This document shows, piece after piece, positions 40,901 through 49,412 of a DNA stretch of 64,000 nt. The notes below the pieces were generated by a model, which saw only the letters and a program-made list of their open reading frames with translations, made no database searches and had not been told where the DNA came from. Position 1 is the stretch's first letter, and the number at the start of each line of letters is the position of its first letter. The stretch comes from a virus. A program made the translations under genes and the position numbers. The DNA lies in IMG/VR virus record IMGVR_UViG_3300034103_001746, positions 32,001-96,000 of that record; one strand, given 5' to 3'.

Positions 40901-42191
40901 ATATGCTACAACTGGAGGTAATTTATTAAGTCAAACTGTTTATCCTCATAATGTATTATTTAGTAGTTCTAATTCTTGGGCTAGTGGTAGTACCAAGTTT
41001 AGATGGGTAGACTCACAATCAACACTAGTGTTGGGTCCAACATCGGGATTAGTTTCTACAACTATTTCTACTAATCCTATTGATACCACATATAACATTG
41101 TTCTAAGTTCAGATTCTACTATTAATACATCATTTAATAATAGGGGTTTATCAAATGTATTTTCAGTTTATAGATCTGGTGATGCTGGAACCGCTAGTAG
41201 ACAAGGATTCCACATTTTACCAAACAGCGGACAAGTTGGTATCAACACTACTACTGGTACAATCCTCGGTAGTGATGCTTCCTTATATGTTAATGGTAAA
41301 ATAGCCACTAATGGATTAAAACTTTTAACAAACCCCGCCACCGGCCTGTATTTAAGAACAACGTCTAATGGAGATATTATTACTGGTGGTTTAGATATAT
41401 CTGTTGGTTTTAGTGGCTCGTATCCTATGAGAGCCACAACCAATAATGTCACTAATGTGGTCACTATAGATATTAATCCGCTCAAACCTAATGGGTCTTC
41501 TTATGAAGTATCAGAGTATGGTAGAACTTTAGTTCATAATGGAACAAATTGGACAGTTGGTTCTGGATTACAAGTATGGCAAGATACTAATGGTAATGGC
41601 ATTAAAGGATTATCATTAGGATATGGAACATCTTTAGGGGGATCAGATGATGGTAATCCAAATTCCTACAATGGAATAGTATCTGCTGGCGGATCTTTTA
41701 ATTTGGGTAGTCCTCTTAAACGAGGATCATCACAATTTAGTCAATTCTTCTTAAGAACTAGATCTTCTGATACTAATCAAACACCATATTTAACCATGGA
41801 TTGGCAAACCACCAATGCAACAGCTCGTAGTTCTAGTAACACTATCAAATTCCCCGCTGCTAAACACGGCGTTTGGACATATACAGCATATGTAAATGTT
41901 CTTTGGGCAGATAACTTAGGAAATAATAAGGGCGCTGGAGGATATATTTTACAAGGCACTATAGCTAATATAGATAATACTATTACTCAAGTTGGTAGTG
42001 GAACCATTATTAAGAATGTAACTAATACAACGCCGGCAAATAATGTGTCTATAGAATTAAATACATATGGTGGATTTAATGCAATGGATCTTAGAGCATC
42101 TGGTGTGGCTGGATACGTAATGTTGTGGTCTGCAACAGTTAATCTGAATCAGCTTCATTGGTCAACATCAGAAGCCTTTACGGCCACATAA
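37923..42191 (+). CDS. Tail fibre/adhesin with YadA-head-like repeats (1422 aa)
   Basis: A long run of ~14-aa (I/V)G..N...G.N...repeats (~38430-39790), GRLGIGT..P fibre motifs and a C-terminal beta-sandwich ending WSATVNLNQL. Confidence 0.75.
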   Translation: MSQNITTETLYIGTGVPYNNIISASGGTNTVFNQNKLNIDFEVRGTGNYASLYYDASTGRLGIGTGLPDAVLHVIAPCAKDGLIVESITNCPTGVTLLLVHNPQTPPQTGSYPAMITLAGRDTNYNEIAYGQIKSRILSPVTSATSGEILFLVDHTGVAKEVFVAGLTNLVLGANNSVSGFSYEVLGHKNIGSGNYYLTIGSNNSGSLMTNSLNIGNDNILRGPQIFAISNDSVLNGSGLFVLGLDNTVSGNNSVFCGSAIYATGSNSLFVANNSIVRGSYGVGLVQNAMVSGLSGVILGTNSFVSGNNNIAIGNDNAIVGSSTNAIGSSVVSSGNRNVVFGNDVFLSGHNLIAIGSNQIASGINNGIFIGNDFDLLNTENVLYVGFNNTTESGLVNSVVLGANNDLDNGSLSNVILLGQYNLTKDIYNSVIIGNTNNTSGTLKNNILIGSGNALIANNYNNIFLGALNNQTGVYINSQGEVSGNARAINANNTNSISIGTNNLSTLSNSNVFVGNKNIVSGLNVSVLGSFNNTRNTNRVYILGNSNYVEGENLIILGKNILALGKDIIGMNNTNSPMDIYGSGSVSIGNNTVVCSGIAVGYGNNMNGVSGLIYGKNNTLGLAKHMFTFSTITPSQLNINGLVGAFYKANDEVLVQVKNPAGTDNLYKFQLNSVVEDVFNTTTTLNLGGVINTAGLSNRYYAINNSFDDNNNPTITGSGIVIALKNYEESKFYGSNNIVVGSTNTVRYSDSIIIGNKNVSSGNNSIVIGHNISGVNDGAVHIGTSNANKLILDNEQIVINSGTVQEKIVIRGYNGNIVEYHDLINSRLGINNTVPRSSLDVSGTVTAEAFRMGLSTTSGSVLTANSSGIASWVLPVNLSGTNQGLLFRVSDKVASGIDSIRYVSASTGINFYDNIYILRNSGIIINADKGSNILPVNFTIWGSGAAFAPKLLEVIPGQNITNFYQFTADSGSLTGLSVNTALNVPRSLTGTFLYATTGGNLLSQTVYPHNVLFSSSNSWASGSTKFRWVDSQSTLVLGPTSGLVSTTISTNPIDTTYNIVLSSDSTINTSFNNRGLSNVFSVYRSGDAGTASRQGFHILPNSGQVGINTTTGTILGSDASLYVNGKIATNGLKLLTNPATGLYLRTTSNGDIITGGLDISVGFSGSYPMRATTNNVTNVVTIDINPLKPNGSSYEVSEYGRTLVHNGTNWTVGSGLQVWQDTNGNGIKGLSLGYGTSLGGSDDGNPNSYNGIVSAGGSFNLGSPLKRGSSQFSQFFLRTRSSDTNQTPYLTMDWQTTNATARSSSNTIKFPAAKHGVWTYTAYVNVLWADNLGNNKGAGGYILQGTIANIDNTITQVGSGTIIKNVTNTTPANNVSIELNTYGGFNAMDLRASGVAGYVMLWSATVNLNQLHWSTSEAFTAT

Positions 42192-42229
42192 TAGTAATAA
42201 GGAATTATTTTAATAGGAAAAAATAATAT

Positions 42230-43831
42230 ATGTCATATATTAAATATGGATTATTTAATTTTATAGCAGATAGTGGGTATCCTGTTCCTCAAATATCTAT
42301 TTCTGTTGATCAAGACAGAGATGGTGGTGGTAGGATTATTGGCTCAAAAACTGTTGTTACATTAGAAGGTGTTATATATTCAGCTAGTGGTAGCAGGGGT
42401 TTTGAATCTTTAACATCTAAAGAAAATGGACTCAGAGAAGCTTTTAAATCTGATGGACAAATGCTTCAAATTGGTTGCACCGGTACCGGTGGCTCTAATT
42501 TACCTCCATACTTTTCTGGATATCCAAAAGTTAATAGATATTCAGCAGAAAAAACTGATAATTATTGGGTGAATACTATTAATTATAGCATTGAGCTACA
42601 GATAGAAAGTAGCGGCAATGGTAGTGGTATTTTTGCTGTAACTAGTACTCAAGATGAGTGGAATATAGAAATATTAGACGATACATCTTTTGTGAATAAT
42701 CCAGTAGGGGGTTCTGTACTAAGACAAGCTCTATCGATTCCTGATGGGACTGGTTTTCCAACATATAGAGTAAGCAGAACGTTAGGGGCTGTCGGTAAAT
42801 ATATTCCGACGGGTGGTAATGGTGGCCTGAGCGCAGTAGACAATGCTAAAAAATGGGTTCTATATCAAGCTTCTAGTGGTTTAACTTTAAGTGGAATAAT
42901 TAATGGATTACAATTATATAACTTTACTAGATCGATTAGTGTTAGTGATGTTGATGGGTCTTATAGATTAACAGATAATTGGATTGCTGTACCATCTGGC
43001 GCATTAAGCGGAAATTATGTAGAATCTTATACTGTTGAAAGTTCATTGGATAATAGTTATCTTCGCAGCGTGGTGATCAATGGTACAATTAAAGGATTAG
43101 AACCGTTTAATACTGGAGCAATTTATCAAAACAATACTATTGGATCTGGTATTAGCGGCAGTATATATCCAACTGTAGCCGGTCCTGTAAGAGTAACTAA
43201 TACTAGTAAATTTGATAAAGCTGTTAGTGGGTATTCTGGAGTGAAATCCTTAATTTACAATAGGGCCCAGTCTTTTATAGAAAAACAAAATAATACTTCA
43301 GGTATTTTTAGACGTTTTTTTGGTAGAGACGAAGCTATGCTTAATCCTTTACCATTATCTATAACAGAAGGATATAATCCCACAGAGGGATCTGTAACAT
43401 ATAGTTGGACATTTAATAACAGACCATTAAATTTAGTAAGTGGTTCGATTAGCGAAGTTTTAACAGTTAATGATAATTTTCCAACACAACAAGTAGCAGA
43501 AATTTTTGTACTAGGTAGAAGACTTGGTCCTATATTACAGGATTTGGGTACATATACTACAGCAAGCAGAGATGTAAACTTTGAAGTTGTTATGTTGCGC
43601 CCAACAGGTTTAAATGGATTAAGGTTTCCAAAAACTGCTTATACTGCTATTACAGGTATAGTAGAAACATTTAATCCAGCCTATTTATTTGGTGCTGGTG
43701 GTCAATGCAAATCTTTTGTGAAAAATAATACTGAAAATTGGAGCGTATCAGAAGGTAGATTTGTTAAAACTAAAGGTTGGTCATGGACAAAATGTGATGA
43801 TATTCCTGGAACAAATCCCAATGTGGGATAA
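42230..43831 (+). CDS. Putative distal tail/hub protein
   Basis: 533 aa and beta-rich, with repeated (I/V)(N/T)YS..(L/F) strands as in tube-fold hub proteins. It lies downstream of the TMP. Confidence 0.45.
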   Translation: MSYIKYGLFNFIADSGYPVPQISISVDQDRDGGGRIIGSKTVVTLEGVIYSASGSRGFESLTSKENGLREAFKSDGQMLQIGCTGTGGSNLPPYFSGYPKVNRYSAEKTDNYWVNTINYSIELQIESSGNGSGIFAVTSTQDEWNIEILDDTSFVNNPVGGSVLRQALSIPDGTGFPTYRVSRTLGAVGKYIPTGGNGGLSAVDNAKKWVLYQASSGLTLSGIINGLQLYNFTRSISVSDVDGSYRLTDNWIAVPSGALSGNYVESYTVESSLDNSYLRSVVINGTIKGLEPFNTGAIYQNNTIGSGISGSIYPTVAGPVRVTNTSKFDKAVSGYSGVKSLIYNRAQSFIEKQNNTSGIFRRFFGRDEAMLNPLPLSITEGYNPTEGSVTYSWTFNNRPLNLVSGSISEVLTVNDNFPTQQVAEIFVLGRRLGPILQDLGTYTTASRDVNFEVVMLRPTGLNGLRFPKTAYTAITGIVETFNPAYLFGAGGQCKSFVKNNTENWSVSEGRFVKTKGWSWTKCDDIPGTNPNVG

Positions 43832-43843
43832 TGAGGAGTGTAA

Positions 43844-46800
43844 ATGGCATACTGTAATTTACCGGAAAAAATAGTAGGACCATACAACCAAGTATTGTTT
43901 TTAGGTTGTAGTGTTACTAGTTTTAATTGTAATTTAGGCTGGGGAGCAGAACAAAGTACTCTTAATGTAAATCTAGTAGAAGATAAATGTTTTCATCCAC
44001 AATCTAATGAGTATAGTCCAGTTGATGTTAAATTAAATACATTAGTACAACAAGATGATAATATAGAGGGTGGAACGGCATTTAAGAAAAAAGCAGATGA
44101 CTCGTATGAAACATTAGATCCAACAAAAGCTCTTCATAAGAATATTGCTTTTCAAATGAAGGGTCTCGAAGATGCTAGAGATCAAGAAAATATAGAGTTA
44201 TCACCAGAATTTAAAGATTATGGCAAATTATGTTATGATATTAATGGCAATAGAGTATACTGGAGAGATCCAGATCCTATGTTTATAGGACTTTCTGGAG
44301 CATTTCATCCTAGTGGCTTAGATATTTTAGGTACTCCAGTAAGATTTAAATTTAATAATTTTAGTTTTGGCGGGTTGGTTTCTTCTTGGAAACAAAATGG
44401 TTCTCAAGGAGGTTCTCGTTCTTTTGAAGTTGAGATCAAAAGTTTTGCTAGTCTCTTAAATGGTTGTCAATTAATAGTTAGTAAATATGCTGGTACAGTT
44501 TGTGGCATTGTACCTAACACTAATATTCCTACAAATCCTATTGATAAAAACATAGCAATGCCGATGCCATATAACATAGATAATACAACCACTCCTCCCA
44601 CGTTTTATTTTTTTGATCATAGAGCTTCCATAGAACAAGGTAACATTCCCAATGTTTTTAATATATTTGGATATCTAGAATATTTAGGATACAAAGATAA
44701 AATATATGGTAATGCTGGAGTGACTGATGAGGGTATTAGGGCTCAATATATTTATGATGCTTTAATTACACTATTGAGTCCAAATAATGAAAATCATGTA
44801 GATAATAAAGGTCCTTTTTCTCCTTATGGGGCTATAATATCTCGCTCAGTTAGGGTCAACGGCACGTCTGATCAAATCGATCCATTAAATCTTATATTAA
44901 ATGCTTTTGATGGTGGACAAATTAATTTAACACACATGGGGATATGTCCTAATTCTGTAGCCATAGATAATTATCGTAGATGTCGTTTAAAACTGGATTT
45001 ATCTGAGGTGCCAAGACCACCAAAGTGGTTAAGGATGCAAGGGCCAGTAATCAGTCTGATGCAGTTTATTACTGAAATTTGTGACGGGACTGGTTTTGAC
45101 TTTTTTATTGATTTTATATATCCTACAACCGAACAAATTCAGCAAAATATTTCTGGTACCATTAAAATACGTACTGTTTCTAGGAGAAAACAACCAAAGA
45201 AGGATCAAATTGAAAAATTAATTGAATATTTAACTAATAATGGGGGAGTTTCTTCTTATACTAAAGGCAAAGAATTTACTGATGTTAATACCAGAACAAT
45301 GTATGTTGGAGGAAAACAAAAAAGATTATTGCAATTAAAATGTACACGATTAGCATTCAAGCAAAATACTTTGATATATGATCCTTGGGCTAATAATGGC
45401 AATGGGGCGATGATCAATTATGATCAACTACCTGCTGTCGGGTCTACTCCTAATCAATTAAGAATGCCAAATACATCATCTACTAGAAGATACTCTTTTA
45501 AATATATTGGTGGAGCTGCTGTTGCTAGCGAATCAGCGACATTCGATAATTCGGTTAATTTTGTTAATGCTGCGGATTCTAGACATATATCACAGGGTAA
45601 CTATTATCCTGCGGTTAATCTAGCGGAGGCTCAGGGGTTTTTGGGTAGTATTGGTCCGATAGGAAAAAACATAGAGTTATATAAAGATACCATATGTCCT
45701 TATTTTGGTGTTGGATCTAACGGATTAATACGTCAAGTATATTTTGATAAAAATATGGGTCAAATGCAAATTATTTTTCAAACAGCTGATGTACAACAAT
45801 TAACATCTCTTCCATTGTCTAACTATAATCCATATTCAGCAGCGGGTCAAGTTACGGGCACCACATCTAGTAGTCCAATATTTTTAGTTTTGGAAAATGA
45901 ACTTAGAGCTGCTGCTGGAGGATTTAAATCTTGGCTAGATTACTGTTTTGGCAATTTGTTTACTACAGATATCGCAGAAATTTTATATAAAGGATTTCGT
46001 GATAAATACGGATTTGGTTTTATTCCTAATGGATCTGTAGCCATGTTTGCTAATCTAAAAAACGAGTTTTTAACAGGCATCAGTTTGATTCACGCTAAAG
46101 CATCTCAAAAAACAATTATTCGTAACGGAAGACCTATGCAAGTTAATCTTTCTGATTTAGCTCCTCATTTTAAAGCTTTGTATAAAGACTTAGAAAATAT
46201 TCATCAATTTTTTCAAAATGTTGCTAACGAGCATTATGGTAAACAATTTATGATTAGAATACCAGAGTTAGCATGGTATAGGGATTTATCTACTGCTTAT
46301 GATAACAATAACCAGCCCATCATTTTAGACTATGATGAGGATGGATATCCAATTTATGCTGTAGAAGGCACAGGCAAAGTTTTTACAAATTATTCTATAT
46401 CTACAGATGGGGCATGGGAGGAACCAGGAAATTTTATAGATGACGCTCTAGTTGTTGGAGGAACAAGAGTTTCAGCCATGTCTGACGATTCAGGTAAAAT
46501 TCCTTGTATATTAGGCTATAATGCTTCATTAGAGAAAGATTATTCTAGACAGTGGAATAGGCAACAGTTTTTAGCAGCTTTATCAGTAAGAAGATTTAGT
46601 GATGTATCGTTTAATTGTGTTACAGACTGGGCGTTTGTCTTACAAAATATGTTGAGCGATCCAGATTTACAGGACGCTAATCATTATTTTATGTCATTGA
46701 GACATAGTTTACCTCCAGAAGAATATTCTTTGCTATCTTATATCGCGCCCGCCGTTCCTTTTACTACCGCACATGGATTAACTATTCCAGATGATAGTAA

Positions 46801-47767
46801 ATATAAGCTATATGTTAGAGGTAATCCGAGTGCGGATATACAATTTTTAACACCAGATTACGGAGATGCCAGAGCCATCGTTTCTGTATCATCTCCAATT
46901 TTTATTGGACAAGATAAGCATGGTGTTGATTATAATGTCATGGCAATGGGGGCGCAAGATAGTTTATTAAGACTAGTTAATGGAGCAAGCATTCCGGTGA
47001 TATTAGCTGGTTTAAGTATAGGATCTGCTGGCGCTACCACGATTCTAGGAGGTCTTGGTCCAAATCCTATTTCAAATGCTTTAATGGGTACTAATTTCCC
47101 CGAGGCTATTCGTAATTTACAAATGGTTCATGGTTCATTTTGGGGAGATGAGGCCAGGGAGCATGACGATAACAGTCGCACAATTGAAAAAATTCTACCC
47201 AAAGCTGCTATTCCTATGTTTTGTGCCTTGCCTATTGAATTTAATGATTTTGTTTATGGTCCATGGATTAATCATCCTGGTTTAATTGCTAGTACTATTT
47301 TTCCAGATTCCACAGATGCAAATGTGCATAGGTTAGAAGTAGAAAATTTAGTGGGTGGAGTTAAGGTTTCTGTTGATGAAAGTTTAGTTCCATGGAATTA
47401 TGGTGGTATGACAGCTCTGGACGAAGCTGTAATGCTTAAAATTGCTGATGAAGTTAATTATCAACAAACACTAGAAATGGGAACGATACAAATTCCTGGT
47501 TTTGACAATTTTAGTTTAGGCGATATGATAAAATATTATGGTAATTTATTTGATGGTCCAATTATTAATAGTATTCAAGTTCAGATAGGAGAAGGTGGAA
47601 TTACTACAACATATAATTTTAGAACCTATCTAAGAAAATTAGGACTTTTTAATAAAGAAAATGCAGAAAGACTTAAAGCTATTAATCAAGAAGCTATTAA
47701 ACGTAATAAAGAAATTAACACTAAATTATTACAATTATCATCCAAAATAAATATTAAAATTTTATAA
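43844..47767 (+). CDS. Putative tail tip/baseplate hub (Tal/gp27-like) protein
   Basis: GAGGAG RBS. N-terminal FLGCSVTSFNCNLGWG..STLNVNLVED and C-terminal GPIINSIQVQIGEGGITTTYNF match hub-protein architecture. Confidence 0.55.
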   Translation: MAYCNLPEKIVGPYNQVLFLGCSVTSFNCNLGWGAEQSTLNVNLVEDKCFHPQSNEYSPVDVKLNTLVQQDDNIEGGTAFKKKADDSYETLDPTKALHKNIAFQMKGLEDARDQENIELSPEFKDYGKLCYDINGNRVYWRDPDPMFIGLSGAFHPSGLDILGTPVRFKFNNFSFGGLVSSWKQNGSQGGSRSFEVEIKSFASLLNGCQLIVSKYAGTVCGIVPNTNIPTNPIDKNIAMPMPYNIDNTTTPPTFYFFDHRASIEQGNIPNVFNIFGYLEYLGYKDKIYGNAGVTDEGIRAQYIYDALITLLSPNNENHVDNKGPFSPYGAIISRSVRVNGTSDQIDPLNLILNAFDGGQINLTHMGICPNSVAIDNYRRCRLKLDLSEVPRPPKWLRMQGPVISLMQFITEICDGTGFDFFIDFIYPTTEQIQQNISGTIKIRTVSRRKQPKKDQIEKLIEYLTNNGGVSSYTKGKEFTDVNTRTMYVGGKQKRLLQLKCTRLAFKQNTLIYDPWANNGNGAMINYDQLPAVGSTPNQLRMPNTSSTRRYSFKYIGGAAVASESATFDNSVNFVNAADSRHISQGNYYPAVNLAEAQGFLGSIGPIGKNIELYKDTICPYFGVGSNGLIRQVYFDKNMGQMQIIFQTADVQQLTSLPLSNYNPYSAAGQVTGTTSSSPIFLVLENELRAAAGGFKSWLDYCFGNLFTTDIAEILYKGFRDKYGFGFIPNGSVAMFANLKNEFLTGISLIHAKASQKTIIRNGRPMQVNLSDLAPHFKALYKDLENIHQFFQNVANEHYGKQFMIRIPELAWYRDLSTAYDNNNQPIILDYDEDGYPIYAVEGTGKVFTNYSISTDGAWEEPGNFIDDALVVGGTRVSAMSDDSGKIPCILGYNASLEKDYSRQWNRQQFLAALSVRRFSDVSFNCVTDWAFVLQNMLSDPDLQDANHYFMSLRHSLPPEEYSLLSYIAPAVPFTTAHGLTIPDDSKYKLYVRGNPSADIQFLTPDYGDARAIVSVSSPIFIGQDKHGVDYNVMAMGAQDSLLRLVNGASIPVILAGLSIGSAGATTILGGLGPNPISNALMGTNFPEAIRNLQMVHGSFWGDEAREHDDNSRTIEKILPKAAIPMFCALPIEFNDFVYGPWINHPGLIASTIFPDSTDANVHRLEVENLVGGVKVSVDESLVPWNYGGMTALDEAVMLKIADEVNYQQTLEMGTIQIPGFDNFSLGDMIKYYGNLFDGPIINSIQVQIGEGGITTTYNFRTYLRKLGLFNKENAERLKAINQEAIKRNKEINTKLLQLSSKINIKIL

Positions 47768-47778
47768 TAGGATTGAAT

Positions 47779-49410
47779 ATGTATACCAATCTTCCCAATG
47801 TTCTTATAGGAATGAATTTTTTTACTGTTCATAGCAGTGCAGAAATATCTAAACAAAGACAATTAGATTTTTCTCCAGAATGGCTAGAAAGACCATATAA
47901 TCCCACCCAAGATATATCTTTTACCCCAAAAGATTATCCAAGAGTTCAGACAAATATCAATCTTAGATCTAATGACGATTGTGCAGAAGAGCTTATTGAG
48001 GGGTATTCAGCTAAGTCTATGATGAGTTTAGATGGTATTTTTTCGCCAATATCATTTTATCCCACACCATATAGCGCCACATTTAATATTACTAAATATC
48101 CAACGCCAAGTTGTCCTTTTTGTTTTGGCACTAAATCCTATACATATAAACTAGAAAATGATAATTTACAACTTAATATGAATGGGGTTAAAGAAATATC
48201 TAATCAAGAATCTGATATAACCAGAATTTGTCCATTTTGTGAATCTATAAATACAAAATTAGATAAACAATATATTGGTGTCTCGCCAAGAGAAACTATG
48301 CCACCCTTCATTATCGCTAGTGGAGACGATCTAACAATTATATCTAAACTACCAACTACGGGATCAAGCGGCATACCTATTATTAACTATGCTACTCTTA
48401 ATCCAGTAGTATTATCTGGTGGTGAATTTAGTAATTTTCAAAATAAACAGAGCGGGGATTTAACAGGACATTCTATTGATTTGGTGGGTTTTGGATTAAC
48501 TGTACCTAGACAAGTAGACGGCATAAGGCCATCATTTTCATCAAATATTGATAGATCATATGCTGATTACGATTTAAATTTAGTGTCTTGGAGACAAGAC
48601 ATCATGAGTAAAGGTATTCCTGTGCCAGAAATACCACCTATAGCTAATAATATGAGATTTTTTGGTTTGCGCGGACCATTAATGGTTCATGGGTGGGGTT
48701 ATGATGTTGAGGGTTTTCCTGTACCAAATTCTTCAGGAGAGCCGTTAATTCAAAATGGTCAGGTTGTCAGAGATTCTAATGGTAATATCTTAGGTAAAAA
48801 TCAAAAATGGATTAGTACCGCAAATGGGGGATACTGGTCCAAACCATATAAAGAAAATACTTTTTATAAAGGTTGGGCACAACAGCCTGGATCTTGGCCG
48901 GTTGGACCTATAGACTTAAGATGGGATGAAATTGGAGGAGTATGGACAGTAGGAGCTAGCTATAAGCCGGTTTATGTTGTTATAGAAGAAGATTTGGTGG
49001 GTACTAGACCATCAAGAGGTGAACTCATAGATAGTACTTATGATAATAATCCTTTACCAGACCAATTAAGAAGATTAGTTTTTGTGAAAGATTCATTGGG
49101 TATGTATCCGGCTCCACGAGGAGCGGCTCTTTATTGTAAATATAACTCGAATAACGGTTTTTATGAGCCTATAGGACACAGACCGTTCGTAACATCTGGA
49201 AATATTTTATCTGCCAATACTGTTGAAGTTTATAAAATATATAGTAAGCCGAATAATCCAGATATCAGACTATCAGATGATCCAAAATTAGAAAAATATG
49301 AAACCCTATATAAAAATCCTTTGGAGTATAATATTACAGTAGGAGATATAGGATTATTTACATTTTTAGATGGATACTGGACATTGTATTCTTACAATCC
49401 AGATAAATAA
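47779..49410 (+). CDS. Tail tip-associated structural protein with Zn ribbon
   Basis: The ATG at 47779, with AGGA 6 nt upstream, is preferred to the TTG at 47773. It has two CPFC motifs plus LRGPLMVHGWGYD and WPVGPIDLRWD motifs. Confidence 0.55.
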   Translation: MYTNLPNVLIGMNFFTVHSSAEISKQRQLDFSPEWLERPYNPTQDISFTPKDYPRVQTNINLRSNDDCAEELIEGYSAKSMMSLDGIFSPISFYPTPYSATFNITKYPTPSCPFCFGTKSYTYKLENDNLQLNMNGVKEISNQESDITRICPFCESINTKLDKQYIGVSPRETMPPFIIASGDDLTIISKLPTTGSSGIPIINYATLNPVVLSGGEFSNFQNKQSGDLTGHSIDLVGFGLTVPRQVDGIRPSFSSNIDRSYADYDLNLVSWRQDIMSKGIPVPEIPPIANNMRFFGLRGPLMVHGWGYDVEGFPVPNSSGEPLIQNGQVVRDSNGNILGKNQKWISTANGGYWSKPYKENTFYKGWAQQPGSWPVGPIDLRWDEIGGVWTVGASYKPVYVVIEEDLVGTRPSRGELIDSTYDNNPLPDQLRRLVFVKDSLGMYPAPRGAALYCKYNSNNGFYEPIGHRPFVTSGNILSANTVEVYKIYSKPNNPDIRLSDDPKLEKYETLYKNPLEYNITVGDIGLFTFLDGYWTLYSYNPDK

Positions 49411-49412
49411 TT

